Source: an uncultured Saprospiraceae bacterium (GTDB taxonomy: Bacteria; Bacteroidota; Bacteroidia; Chitinophagales; Saprospiraceae). Taken from it: a stretch of DNA of 64,000 bases. The stretch lies in contig CAVVAS010000008.1 of assembly GCA_963746195.1 (NCBI GenBank), positions 50,979 to 114,978 of the forward strand, read 5' to 3'. This document shows, one piece after another, positions 35,597 through 46,004 of this stretch (its first letter is position 1; every line of letters begins with the position of its first letter). Made by a program: the position numbers and the translations under genes. The notes below the pieces were generated by a model. The model was not told the origin of the DNA. It saw only the letters and a program-made list of their open reading frames with translations, and made no database searches.

Positions 35597-37027
35597 TTAA
35601 ATCTTAATTACTTTGCCAAAATAGTGACCAGTTTGGCTATATGCATTTACAATAAAAAACCCTGCAGGTAAATATTCAAGGTTATCTATTTCGATATTGT
35701 TACCTGAACTATTTATTTCCCTGGAAAAATAAATTCTGCCATTTAAATCAGTTAAAGTAATGAAGAAGCTGCCTTGCAAACCTTGCATTATAAAAAAATG
35801 CTGGAATGGATTTGGTACCACATTGATCTGATTCAATTTAATTTCCTTATTCGCTGAAGGGAGTTGATAACAGATTTCAAGTTTTGGATGTTTCGTTGGA
35901 TCAGTAACATCACTTGAAGAAAACTTCATGCTACGAAATACTTCTTCAGTTAATTGTTTCATCATGAAGCCGTGACTGCTACCTGGATTTGAAATCATAT
36001 CGGTTACCAGGTTCGTCACATCAATATCAGGATAGTCCTGATTCATAGTAGAGCTCACGGGTAAAATCACCTCATTGTTGCTGGTTGTAGAAGGTTGATT
36101 ATTCCAGTTAATGCTCTGCTCGTTCCAGGAATCAACAACACGCTGTAAAACTGCACTATTTGAACCGGATTGACCAGCACTTGAAGTCTCTACATTGTAA
36201 TAAAGGGACAAAGCAGCACTGATTATTTGAGCATTTTGTGGTATGGCTGAAAAATCAAATTCAATAAAACTTCTTAATAATCCCACATTTCCCCCAAACG
36301 TCCATGAGGCTGCAATAAAATCTAAATCATTTCCGAAATTATCAGCAGGACTTAAACTAAATACCTTTGCATCCTTTCCATCACTCCCTGGTTGTAGGGT
36401 CAGGCACTGGGCTGGTTCAGTTGTATACGTTATCTCAAGTTTGGGCCGATCTGATTCCTGGGATGCATCACTTGAAAAGAATTTCATACTGCTTAATACT
36501 GCTTCCACCTGGCCCATGAACATAAATCCAAAACTGTGTGAAGGATCAGCAAGCATGTCTCTGACCAAAAGCGTTACATTAATATTTTCGTAATCCTGGT
36601 CTGTTGAAGTGCTTTTTGGCAAATCAACTTGATTGGTATTTGTATAAGAGGGTTGTGTAATCCAGTTAACTGTATTTTCATTCCAATCTTGGGTTATTCT
36701 TCTTAAATAAGCTGCATTATTCCCCGCTTGGCCTTCTGAGCTGGTGACAAAATTATGGAAGAGGGACAATCTGGCATCCAAAATGGTTGCCCCGGGAGGA
36801 ATTGAAGTTAGATCGAACTGAATCATACTCCTTAATGTCCCGGGTTCTCCACCAAAAGTCCAGGTTGCGGCTATAAAATCAAGATCAGAGCCAAAATTCT
36901 GCATCGAACTTAGATTAAAAACTTTTGTGTCTTTTCCATCCGTTGGGCCTGGTTGCAGAGTGATTGTGGTTTGACTTTTTAAACAGGAATAAGACAATAA
37001 AATAATAAGGAATAGAAAATATTTCAT
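35597..37027 (-). CDS. Secreted T9SS cargo protein with two tandem ~185-aa internal repeats and a C-terminal sorting domain
   Basis: 476 aa with a signal peptide. Repeats begin 'ITLQPGPTDGKDTKVF..' and 'LTLQPGSDGKDAKVF..'. The tail 'VVPNPFQ...FIVNAYSQTGHYFGKVIKI' resembles a type A Por C-terminal domain. Confidence 0.7.
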   Translation of the reverse strand: MKYFLFLIILLSYSCLKSQTTITLQPGPTDGKDTKVFNLSSMQNFGSDLDFIAATWTFGGEPGTLRSMIQFDLTSIPPGATILDARLSLFHNFVTSSEGQAGNNAAYLRRITQDWNENTVNWITQPSYTNTNQVDLPKSTSTDQDYENINVTLLVRDMLADPSHSFGFMFMGQVEAVLSSMKFFSSDASQESDRPKLEITYTTEPAQCLTLQPGSDGKDAKVFSLSPADNFGNDLDFIAASWTFGGNVGLLRSFIEFDFSAIPQNAQIISAALSLYYNVETSSAGQSGSNSAVLQRVVDSWNEQSINWNNQPSTTSNNEVILPVSSTMNQDYPDIDVTNLVTDMISNPGSSHGFMMKQLTEEVFRSMKFSSSDVTDPTKHPKLEICYQLPSANKEIKLNQINVVPNPFQHFFIMQGLQGSFFITLTDLNGRIYFSREINSSGNNIEIDNLEYLPAGFFIVNAYSQTGHYFGKVIKI

Positions 37028-37167
37028 GTGAAATAGTTAAGAATTGAAATGATATGATTAAAGCTAAGCATAAACAATGGGATTATGATTAAGAACCTTC
37101 CCGGTCGAAAAATTCTAGCCCAAAATGTGATAATGTTATAGATGAACCTGTTAAAAAAGAATTCAGC

Positions 37168-37223
37168 CCCACATTTCCACAATGTCACATTACCATATTG
37201 CCACATTGTCAAATTGCCACATT
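37168..37223. repeat. Octamer tract x7 (CCACATTT CCACAATG TCACATTA CCATATTG CCACATTG TCAAATTG CCACATTT)
   Basis: Read directly from the sequence. Ends 3 nt before the recG stop codon (37227-37229). Confidence 0.8.
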
Positions 37224-37226
37224 TCT

Positions 37227-39341
37227 TTAGGATATCCTCGACCAATCCTGTTTATACTTATGTTCAGTTGATAGATACCTCGCCAATGGTTCATGTTCAA
37301 CAGATCTTAATTCATGGTCTTGCGTAATAATTTCTTCAGCTAATGCCCTCGCAGTTCTCAAAATGGCCTGGTCCTCGACAAGATTTGCTGCTTTAAATTC
37401 ATAAGCCCCACTTTGTCGGGTCCCCGCAATATCACCCGGTCCGCGCAACCTGAGATCTGCTTCTGCAATAAAAAATCCATCATTGCTCTTGCAGATGACA
37501 TCCAATCTCTCTTTCGCAGCTTTAGATAATTTATAACTCGTCATCAGAATACAATAAGACTGATCCGCACCTCTTCCAACACGTCCTCTTAATTGATGCA
37601 ACTGTGCCAAACCAAATCGCTCTGCATTTTCAATGATCATCACCGATGCATTCGGAACATTGACACCTACTTCAATCACCGTTGTAGATACCATGATCTG
37701 CGTTTTCCTTTCGACGAATCTCTGCATCTCCATATCCTTTTCTTCTGCTTTCATACGGCCATGCACAATTGAAATCTGGTATTCAGGCCGTGGGAAAATT
37801 CCAAGCAAACGTTCGTATCCATCCATCAGGTTTTCGAGATCCAGTTTTTCTGATTCTTCGATGAGCGGATAGATCACATATACCTGGCGACCATCTGCAA
37901 TTTCCTTTCTGATAAATTCCATCACTTTCGATCGATGCGCTTCTGTACGCTGAGTCGTAATCACCGGTTTTCTTCCGGGTGGCAACTCATCCAAAATAGA
38001 AATATCAAGATCTCCATAAATGGTCAGTGCCAGTGTACGCGGTATGGGTGTAGCCGTCATCACAAGAACATGAGGCGGATGCACCGGTGACTTTGTCCAC
38101 ATCTGCGCGCGCTGAGCGACTCCAAATCGATGTTGCTCATCCGTGATAGCAAGTCCAAGATTTTTAAATTCAACTCCTTCTTCAATGACAGCGTGAGTTC
38201 CGAGTAAGATGCGGATTGTCCCATTGCGCAGGGATTCGAATAATTGATTTCTTGCACTACCTGTGATACTGCCGGATAAAAATGCAACCTCGATATCAAG
38301 ACCTTTTAGATATTCTGTGATTGATTTGAAATGTTGCATTGCTAAAACTTCAGTCGGAGCCATCAGTACGGATTGATATCCATTATCTGCAGCGAGAAGC
38401 ATGCACATGAGGGCCACAATTGTTTTTCCGCTTCCGACATCTCCCTGGAGCAATCGATTCATCTGCCTTCCTGAGCCCATATCCTTTCTTATTTCACGCA
38501 TCACTCTTTTTTGGGCTTCAGTCAGTGCAAACGGAAGATTTTGTGAGAAAAAAGTATTGAATAAATTTCCCACCTCACCAAATACAAATCCTTTGACAGT
38601 ATCATTTCGCTTGACTTTCGCACGCAAAAGGATGAGTTGGAGAAAAAAAAGTTCTTCGAATTTTATCCTGTTCCTGGCATGATGCAATGCTTCTTTATTC
38701 GCAGGAAGATGAACATCCCTGAAAGTTTCATAACGGTTTTTAAATCTCAATTTTGAGATAATCGCGTCCGGTAAATTTTCCCTTAAGTCTTGTGGTCGTA
38801 GCTGACTGAATAATTGCTTGATTAATTTTCGCCTTCCTTTGCTATCCAGACCCTTCAACATTAATTTTTCCGTGCTGCTATATACAGGTTCCAAACCGGT
38901 TGACAATGCTTTGTCTTCTGCTACTTCTTCAATTTCGGGATGTACTATATTGTATTTGTTTTTGAAAAGTTGAAGTTTACCGTAAATCAGGTAAGGCCTG
39001 TCGGTTTTGATCCATTGATCTATTTCTTTGGAACGTTGAAACCAGATCACTTCTATTTCTCCGCTTTTATCTTCAAAAGTGGCTACGAGCCTCTTTTTAT
39101 GTCCGGCACCTTCAATATGCTTCTCCGTGAAAATTCCTTTCAACTGAACTGCATCGGGAATGGACCTGGAGTCTTTAATGCTTACGATTTGGGATTTATC
39201 GATATACCTGAAGGGGAGATCCCACAGCAGATCTCCAATCCGGTGAATACCTAATTCTTTTCGCAATACCTCACCACGAGCAGGGCCAACTCCTTTCAGG
39301 TATTCAATAGGTTGATCCAGGATAAACTCTTCTCTGTTCAA
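37227..39341 (-). CDS. recG: ATP-dependent DNA helicase RecG
   Basis: 704 aa. Walker A 'GDVGSGKT', 'DEQHRFG', and the wedge and helicase domains. TTG start. Confidence 0.95.
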   Translation of the reverse strand: MNREEFILDQPIEYLKGVGPARGEVLRKELGIHRIGDLLWDLPFRYIDKSQIVSIKDSRSIPDAVQLKGIFTEKHIEGAGHKKRLVATFEDKSGEIEVIWFQRSKEIDQWIKTDRPYLIYGKLQLFKNKYNIVHPEIEEVAEDKALSTGLEPVYSSTEKLMLKGLDSKGRRKLIKQLFSQLRPQDLRENLPDAIISKLRFKNRYETFRDVHLPANKEALHHARNRIKFEELFFLQLILLRAKVKRNDTVKGFVFGEVGNLFNTFFSQNLPFALTEAQKRVMREIRKDMGSGRQMNRLLQGDVGSGKTIVALMCMLLAADNGYQSVLMAPTEVLAMQHFKSITEYLKGLDIEVAFLSGSITGSARNQLFESLRNGTIRILLGTHAVIEEGVEFKNLGLAITDEQHRFGVAQRAQMWTKSPVHPPHVLVMTATPIPRTLALTIYGDLDISILDELPPGRKPVITTQRTEAHRSKVMEFIRKEIADGRQVYVIYPLIEESEKLDLENLMDGYERLLGIFPRPEYQISIVHGRMKAEEKDMEMQRFVERKTQIMVSTTVIEVGVNVPNASVMIIENAERFGLAQLHQLRGRVGRGADQSYCILMTSYKLSKAAKERLDVICKSNDGFFIAEADLRLRGPGDIAGTRQSGAYEFKAANLVEDQAILRTARALAEEIITQDHELRSVEHEPLARYLSTEHKYKQDWSRIS

Positions 39342-39467
39342 ATTAGATGTATTCAGCGGGAGGAAAGATAATTACATCATCCTTGAATGGCAACCCTCAA
39401 CTGAACATGATTTATTTTAAAATAACCGTTAAGGAAACACGACCCAACCAAGTCAGGTGAATAACCT

Positions 39468-39475
39468 TACTTTTG
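39468..39475 (+). promoter_or_regulatory. Candidate -7 box TActTTTG
   Basis: 29 nt upstream of the rbfA ATG. Confidence 0.3.
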
Positions 39476-39503
39476 TGGTTTCCCTTTTGATAAATTCCCC
39501 TTA

Positions 39504-39878
39504 ATGGAGACGAAGAGACAAAAACAGATCAGTGAATTGCTTCGGCGGCAGTTCAGCATGGTGCTCATGGATGAAGGGTCTTATATTTTTGACAAAGCTC
39601 TTGTGACCGTCACCAGGGTAGTGGTCTCCCCGGACATGTCAACAGCAAAAATATATTTGTCTGTTTTTAATGCCGATAATAAACAGGAAGTGATGATGGG
39701 CCTGGAAGCAAATAATCATCGTCTTCGTCTTGCACTTTCCAATAAAGTGGGAAAACAATTACGCCGCATTCCTGAATTAAATTTCTACCTGGATGAATCC
39801 CTCGATGAGTTTTTTCGCATGGACAAAGTATTAAGCGATCTCAGGGCAAACAATCAAATGGGCTCAGAAGAAGAATAA
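39504..39878 (+). CDS. rbfA: Ribosome-binding factor A
   Basis: 124 aa. 'RQKQISELLRRQFS' and 'LVTVTRVVVSPDMSTAKIYLS' are typical of RbfA. Confidence 0.9.
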   Translation: METKRQKQISELLRRQFSMVLMDEGSYIFDKALVTVTRVVVSPDMSTAKIYLSVFNADNKQEVMMGLEANNHRLRLALSNKVGKQLRRIPELNFYLDESLDEFFRMDKVLSDLRANNQMGSEEE

Positions 39879-39890
39879 GCAGGTATTGAC

Positions 39891-39960
39891 GAATTACGAA
39901 TTACGTTTACTGATTCCCGAATACTGCTTACCGAATACCGATTACTGACTACTGATCGTC
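39891..39960. repeat. Heptamer tract x10 (GAATTAC GAATTAC GTTTACT GATTCCC GAATACT GCTTACC GAATACC GATTACT GACTACT GATCGTC)
   Basis: Read directly from the sequence. Overlaps the ppx stop codon (39942-39944) and its last 5-6 codons. Confidence 0.85.
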
Positions 39961-40865
39961 CTGATCATCTCCTCCACCACACCTTCTTTAAGTGAAAAAT
40001 CACAATAAAATAATTTTTCCGGAGGCACCATTTTCATCAGGTAACGAATGAGTAAATAAGCAACAACGATATAATCCAATCTCTCTGCAGGAACTTCAGG
40101 CATGTGTTTTCTTTGTTCAAGATCCGCCTGGATCACTTTGTCAAGAGCATTCATTATTCCACTCATTTCCAACTCACTCCAATGCGATGAAGTGACTTTC
40201 CTTGGAAGCACATCGTACAGAATCTCAAAAGAACCACTCGCACCAATTAAATAATAAACAGAAGTTTTCTCCAATGCTTCTTTCAAGAGAATCAACTGAC
40301 TTTCCAATTCATTTTCCAACTGATCGATTTCAATGGAACTGATGGGATCTGAACGGTGATACATCCTATAAAGAATGGCAACACCTATTTTATAACTTTC
40401 TTCAAATGCAACTTCATCCCCTTTGAATAAAATAAATTCCACGCTCCCTCCTCCGATATCCATGATGAGTCCATATTGATCAAGATTGGGAATAGCGCTT
40501 CTGATCCCATTCAATATAAATCTTGCTTCGGCATGTCCATCAATGATTTCGATCGGGATCCCGGTGACAGAAGAGATTTTTTCAGCTACCTCGGCACCAT
40601 TCCGTGATTCTCTCAGAGCTGCAGTTCCTATTGCCCTGGTACGAGTGACTTTATATTTTTGAAGAGAAAGTTGAAAACGCATCATGGCATCGATCGCCCT
40701 TTGCAACGCATTTTCACCGATGAGTTCCATGTGACCGTCTGCCAATTTCACATATTCTCTTTCCTTGTGAAGAGTTACCCAGGTACCTTTTGTTCCAATT
40801 TCACAAATCAACAAATGGAAAGTATTGGACCCAAGGTCAATCACCGCGATCCGCTCACCGTTCAT
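39942..40865 (-). CDS. ppx: Ppx/GppA-family phosphatase (exopolyphosphatase-like)
   Basis: 307 aa. 'IAVIDLGSNTFHLLI' and 'DIGGGSVEF' are ASKHA phosphatase motifs. Confidence 0.85.
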   Translation of the reverse strand: MNGERIAVIDLGSNTFHLLICEIGTKGTWVTLHKEREYVKLADGHMELIGENALQRAIDAMMRFQLSLQKYKVTRTRAIGTAALRESRNGAEVAEKISSVTGIPIEIIDGHAEARFILNGIRSAIPNLDQYGLIMDIGGGSVEFILFKGDEVAFEESYKIGVAILYRMYHRSDPISSIEIDQLENELESQLILLKEALEKTSVYYLIGASGSFEILYDVLPRKVTSSHWSELEMSGIMNALDKVIQADLEQRKHMPEVPAERLDYIVVAYLLIRYLMKMVPPEKLFYCDFSLKEGVVEEMIRTISSQ

Positions 40866-41353
40866 TTTTGTTTTTCCTGAACCTGTTTAATAATCTGATT
40901 AAAAAATTCTATTCCTGATTCCGACATAGCATTAGAAGCTACAGGTTTATTGTCTTTCATAAAGATAAAATAGGCGCATCCAACATCATTGTATATATCA
41001 GCCTCTTTTACAATGACACCTTTAGAAATCCAGCTTAAACGGCCTAAAGCTTTACATGGAGCACTCATGAGGGCAGGTGTAGGGGATACATAAAGGACAG
41101 TTTTTTTAGCACTGCTGGCCTCATCCTGGTTGAGGCTCATGGGAAGATTGTAAAAGATCATGTCTACTTTATCAGTGATGGAATATAGTAAGGTGAGCTC
41201 TTGATTACCTAAAGGCGGATAAGGAGACGTGCCAGAATGATATTCAGACTCTGCAGGAGGTGGAGTATCTTTTTTTGGAGCAGGTGAACATGACCAAAAA
41301 TAAATACACAGGAATGCAAAGCAGAGTGGGAGGGGCTTAATTAATTTAAACAT
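40862..41353 (-). CDS. Hypothetical lipoprotein
   Basis: 163 aa with lipobox 'IYFWSC'. Overlaps the ppx start by 4 nt. Confidence 0.5.
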   Translation of the reverse strand: MFKLIKPLPLCFAFLCIYFWSCSPAPKKDTPPPAESEYHSGTSPYPPLGNQELTLLYSITDKVDMIFYNLPMSLNQDEASSAKKTVLYVSPTPALMSAPCKALGRLSWISKGVIVKEADIYNDVGCAYFIFMKDNKPVASNAMSESGIEFFNQIIKQVQEKQK

Positions 41354-41356
41354 GTG

Positions 41357-42010
41357 TTAAAAGTAATACTCTAGTCTGAAGGTTATAAAATAAGACAACA
41401 ACCTTTGCCCCTCCAGTCCGTGTTTATCAGGGCTAAAGAGTGGAGTGATCCCACGTGTATACCTTCCGGTGATGCCCAGGCTTTTGTTGAACATATAGGT
41501 AGCTCCGATCAACCAGGATAAATCATTGTTATTAAAATAGGGAACAAGATTGTCCACCGACATTCCCGGAGGATGATAATAATCATCTGCACTCGCATTG
41601 ATGAGACGTCCATAACTCAATCCTGCCTGTGCAGAAACTTTATAAAATTTTTCTTTTTCCTGGTACCAATCTCCAAGAGTGAAGTAAACAGGTAATTCTG
41701 CATAGGAAAGTTTGATCTGGATATTCGGATCATAATTTGGATTGAAAATACTGGGCTGACTACCTCGTTGTGAATATAAAAACTCGACATTCAGATCAAA
41801 CGGTGAGTCAAAATTGTAAATCGCCTTGATTCCGCCGGTGAATCCAATCTGATCAAATCCCGCCAGCTGATCCCCGTCAATTTGACATGCGTTCATTCCT
41901 GCTACTATAGCTGCAGAAAAATTTTGAGAGAAAAGTGTTGTGATCGATACCAGGAACGTTGTTGATATAACGACAATCCTGACACATATCAAAGGTTTTT
42001 TTAATTTCAT
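41357..42010 (-). CDS. Small outer-membrane beta-barrel protein (porin-family, PorT-like fold)
   Basis: 217 aa. Signal peptide, alternating beta-strand pattern and a C-terminal 'FRLEYYF'. Confidence 0.55.
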   Translation of the reverse strand: MKLKKPLICVRIVVISTTFLVSITTLFSQNFSAAIVAGMNACQIDGDQLAGFDQIGFTGGIKAIYNFDSPFDLNVEFLYSQRGSQPSIFNPNYDPNIQIKLSYAELPVYFTLGDWYQEKEKFYKVSAQAGLSYGRLINASADDYYHPPGMSVDNLVPYFNNNDLSWLIGATYMFNKSLGITGRYTRGITPLFSPDKHGLEGQRLLSYFITFRLEYYF

Positions 42011-42083
42011 GGCTGGATGTTGAACCTTGACAATCGAAATGAGGGCTTCATCAAGGGAATAGCTTCTAAAACAGAATTAAAGA

Positions 42084-42359
42084 ATGATCAAATATACCAA
42101 GCATAATCTCAAAAGGCTTGAAGATATCTTCAGTGAACTCAAGATTACAGTTAGATATGAGAAAGGCAATTTCCAGTCCGGATATTGTATAGTCTTTGGC
42201 AAAAATATAGTTATTGTCAATAAATTTTTTGATGTTGAGGCCAGGACAAATACTCTCATGGAAATTCTTGACCAGGGAACTTTCGATCCGACAGAACTCA
42301 ATGCAGAAAACCTGGAATGGTATGAGAAGGTCAGGAAAAGCATGATGAAACCCGTGTGA
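42084..42359 (+). CDS. Hypothetical protein
   Basis: 91 aa. Its stop overlaps the GTG start of the next gene (GTGA). Confidence 0.5.
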   Translation: MIKYTKHNLKRLEDIFSELKITVRYEKGNFQSGYCIVFGKNIVIVNKFFDVEARTNTLMEILDQGTFDPTELNAENLEWYEKVRKSMMKPV

Positions 42360-43135
42360 ACCCGAAAATAGAAATCACACTTTTAGGGACAGGTACATCC
42401 CAGGGCATTCCAGTTATTGGTTGCCCGTGCAAGGTTTGTTCATCTACTGATCCCAGGGACAAACGACTCAGAACAGCAGCTTTTATCCAGGTCGATGATC
42501 TGGGCCTGGCGATTGATCTGGGCCCTGATTTCAGGATGCAAATGCTCAACAATAGCCTTTCCAATGTGCATGCAGTATTACTGACGCATGAACACAACGA
42601 TCATATCTCAGGATTGGATGACATCAGGCCAATCAATTACCGCTACAACAGGAATATTCCCATTTATGGATCCTCCAGATCGATAGGTGAAATTCAAACA
42701 AGATTCGCTTATGCATTTGATCCTGAATACAAATACCCCGGTAAACCACATGTCACGGGTATTATTATTGATGATCAGCCTTTTAAAATAAATCACCTCA
42801 CGATCATTCCTATCCCCGTTGATCATGGTGAAATGTCCATTTATGGTTTCCGGATTGGAAATCTCGCTTACATCACCGATGCTAAAACGATCCCTTCAAG
42901 GAGTAAAAAACTATTGAAGGACCTTGATATTCTTATTTTAAATGCCTTGAGATTTGAGCCGCACGTGGCACATCTTAATATTGAAGAAGCTATTGAATTG
43001 GTCAGAGAGCTGAAACCGAGGAGTTGCTTTCTGACACATATAAGCCATGACACGGGCCTCCATGCTGACATTGATTCAGTGATGCCGGACGGTATCAGGC
43101 TTGGTTATGACGGATTGCGCGTCAAAGTAGCCTGA
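42356..43135 (+). CDS. MBL-fold metallo-hydrolase (PhnP-like)
   Basis: 259 aa with 'LLTHEHNDHISGLDD'. Confidence 0.85.
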   Translation: MNPKIEITLLGTGTSQGIPVIGCPCKVCSSTDPRDKRLRTAAFIQVDDLGLAIDLGPDFRMQMLNNSLSNVHAVLLTHEHNDHISGLDDIRPINYRYNRNIPIYGSSRSIGEIQTRFAYAFDPEYKYPGKPHVTGIIIDDQPFKINHLTIIPIPVDHGEMSIYGFRIGNLAYITDAKTIPSRSKKLLKDLDILILNALRFEPHVAHLNIEEAIELVRELKPRSCFLTHISHDTGLHADIDSVMPDGIRLGYDGLRVKVA

Positions 43136-43298
43136 TTCTAAAGATCAATTTGGTAAGCCCGGCGACAAAATATCCCTGATCATTCTGGTTTAGACTTACT
43201 GTACTATATTTCCGTTATCTTTATAAAAGTCTGAATCAAAAGCATAATATAAATTGTTGATTTGATTTAGAACTTATTGAAGAAGGGTGGGAAGTAAT

Positions 43299-44273
43299 AT
43301 GCTTAAGAGAATACGGTATTGTGTCCTGAGTATCTGTCTGATGATGGCCATATCATCTTATGGACAGCATACATTCCAGAATAGTCTTTACATGTTTGAC
43401 CGGTATGCATTCAATCCTGCATTTGGCGGAATGGAGAGCAGCCTCGTCACAAATCTTTCATACAGAACTCAATGGGCAGGACTTCCGGGAAATCCTGAAT
43501 CCTACATGATTACCGCCCACATGCCTTTTTATTTATGGAAAGGTGCGATTGGGATGGAAATATTTAATGAATCCATTGGTGCAGAACAACAAACTGCATT
43601 TTTACTTTCTTACAATTATATCAGGGAAACTCAGCTAGGTCTGTTTTCTTTCGGACTTAAAGCCGGTCTTTCACAGAATAGCATTGATGGGACCAAGCTC
43701 AGGGCTCCGGACGGATACTATGAAGGAAATATAATTGATCACCAGGATGTCAATTTGCCAAATGGCTATGCCAGTGGTGTATCGCCTGTTTTAGAGACTG
43801 GGGTTTATTATGCAGGGGATCTTTTTGAGGCTGGTCTATCAATGACTGGTTTTTATCCCGAAGGCATTAATGTTGGAAACGAGATTCACTATACACCAAA
43901 ACCCGGATTCCACTTTTTTGGGGAGTATTTCATCGAATCTCTAGATCATGTTTCAATTTATCCTGTGGTCTATGTCAAATCTGATCTTGTGGAAACTCAG
44001 GCTGAAGTGTCAGTCAGAGCCCAATGGGAAGATCTTCTTACGGCAGGAATAGGGTATAGGGGGTTTGGACATCAGAATCAGGATGCATTGATCCTGGCAG
44101 CAGGAGTCAGATTGTCGCCTAAGTTCTTTCTTCATTACTCCTATGATATTGGTTTAAGTAGTCTCAATTCAGCTCACCAGGGTACTCATGAGATACTCAT
44201 CAGCTACAATCTTGGTAAAAGAATTGGGGCCGGTCTCCCTCCAAGGACTATTTATAACCCAAGAAACCTATAA
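43299..44273 (+). CDS. porP: Type IX secretion system membrane protein PorP/SprF family
   Basis: 'FQNSLYMFDRYAFNPAFGG' is a typical PorP/SprF N-terminus. Sits immediately upstream of gldKLMN. The ATG at 43299 is preferred over the GTG at 43287. Confidence 0.8.
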   Translation: MLKRIRYCVLSICLMMAISSYGQHTFQNSLYMFDRYAFNPAFGGMESSLVTNLSYRTQWAGLPGNPESYMITAHMPFYLWKGAIGMEIFNESIGAEQQTAFLLSYNYIRETQLGLFSFGLKAGLSQNSIDGTKLRAPDGYYEGNIIDHQDVNLPNGYASGVSPVLETGVYYAGDLFEAGLSMTGFYPEGINVGNEIHYTPKPGFHFFGEYFIESLDHVSIYPVVYVKSDLVETQAEVSVRAQWEDLLTAGIGYRGFGHQNQDALILAAGVRLSPKFFLHYSYDIGLSSLNSAHQGTHEILISYNLGKRIGAGLPPRTIYNPRNL

Positions 44274-44584
44274 TGAAGCTCTTTCTCATTCAATACCCTG
44301 ACGAAGAATTGTTGCTGAATCCAACTTTTCATATGGGTAAAGACTTTGTTTGGTGCTGATTACGAAAGATTAACTAAAAGGGAATCAATTCATTAGAATC
44401 ACAGACTTAAATTCTTTGAATTGTATAATATAGTCAAATAATATGTCGTTACAACGGTTGTTGGCATAAAATATGCTGCCCTTTGTGTGGTCAGAAAAAG
44501 ATATTTGTTGGATATCTAAGTCAAAAAACTATCTTTACGCCTCTTTTTTAAGCTACCCAAAACAGCGAAACTTTTATAAAAAGG

Positions 44585-45832
44585 ATGAGGAACATTTCTA
44601 TCTCAGCGTTGGCCATAGTGAGTGTGGTCTTCTTATTCAGTGCCTGTAGTACCAAAGAGTCAGGGCAACTGATCGGCGTCACTGATCGCCCCAAATATTC
44701 GGGTATTAATCCTTATGGGATGGAGTACATACCCAGCGCCACTTTTCATATTGGTCAGACAGATCAGGATATCTTCAATAGTTATATGCAGAGGCCAATG
44801 GCAGTATCCATTGTCGGCTTTTTCATGGATGATACCGAGATTACAAATAATGAATACCGCCAGTTTGTCAACTGGGTTCGTGATTCAATAGCACATACCA
44901 CTTTGGAGCACTTTATCGAAGATGATAACGGTAACCAAAAGATCGATTGGAGTTATGAGATAGATTGGACTGATGAAGCTCTCGACGGAATGTATTTCCA
45001 GGGAGATGACATGTTCAACGGCAACGCTAAAGAAATGGACACTCGCAAACTGGTTTATAAATACGAGTGGAAAGATTGGGATAAAGCAGCTAGCCGCAAT
45101 TTTGACGGAAAAAGAAATCAGATCATCAACAGGGAAGAAGTCAGCATTTATCCTGATACCCTGGTTTGGATCCGTGATTTTGCTTACTCATATAATGAGC
45201 CCTTTACAAGAAATTATTTCTGGCACCCGGCTTTCGATGATTATCCTGTAGTCGGAGTTAACTGGAAAATGGCTAAAGCTTTTTCTGCATGGAGAACAAA
45301 CCTTTGGAATACTTACAGAGGAGAAGATGAACCAAACACCGAAGAATTCCGCCTCCCAACAGAACATGAGTGGGAATATGCAGCAAGGGGAGGACATGAT
45401 TTGGTTCCTTATCCATGGGGTGCTTACGGTCTCCGCAATGCAAAAGGATGTCTGTTAGCTAATTTCAAACCAGGAAGAGGAAATTATCCTGAAGATGGTG
45501 GTCACTACACCGTAAAGGCAGATGCTTATTTCCCCAATGATTTTGGTCTTTATAATATGGCAGGGAATGTTTCGGAATGGACAGAAACAGCATTTTTCGA
45601 AAATGCACAATCTTTCATTCATGACGAAAATCCAAATATCAAATATGACGCTAAACCTGATGATCCGGCTGTTTACAAACGTAAAGTGATCAGGGGCGGT
45701 TCATGGAAAGATGTGGCGTATTATTTACAGACCGGCACACGCAATTGGGAATACCAGGATACTACGAAATCTTACATTGGATTCCGTTGCGCCCTGACTT
45801 TCTTAGGAAGATCTATCAACGATACGAATTAA
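44585..45832 (+). CDS. gldK: Gliding motility/T9SS lipoprotein GldK (PorK)
   Basis: 415 aa with lipobox 'LFSAC'. FGE-sulfatase-like domain ('GNVSEWT', 'RGGSW'). Confidence 0.9.
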   Translation: MRNISISALAIVSVVFLFSACSTKESGQLIGVTDRPKYSGINPYGMEYIPSATFHIGQTDQDIFNSYMQRPMAVSIVGFFMDDTEITNNEYRQFVNWVRDSIAHTTLEHFIEDDNGNQKIDWSYEIDWTDEALDGMYFQGDDMFNGNAKEMDTRKLVYKYEWKDWDKAASRNFDGKRNQIINREEVSIYPDTLVWIRDFAYSYNEPFTRNYFWHPAFDDYPVVGVNWKMAKAFSAWRTNLWNTYRGEDEPNTEEFRLPTEHEWEYAARGGHDLVPYPWGAYGLRNAKGCLLANFKPGRGNYPEDGGHYTVKADAYFPNDFGLYNMAGNVSEWTETAFFENAQSFIHDENPNIKYDAKPDDPAVYKRKVIRGGSWKDVAYYLQTGTRNWEYQDTTKSYIGFRCALTFLGRSINDTN

Positions 45833-46004
45833 ATCACCGGAGGATTAAGTTTTGAAACACAAACCATTGATCCCAGGAAAATTGCTTTATCTGAATAGCT
45901 GACAATAAAAAAATAAATCCGGGAAGATGCGGGCTATAGTTGTATCCTGACATTTCCTGATATCTCAATCACTATTTCTTTAACTAATAAACATCTCAAC
46001 CAAC

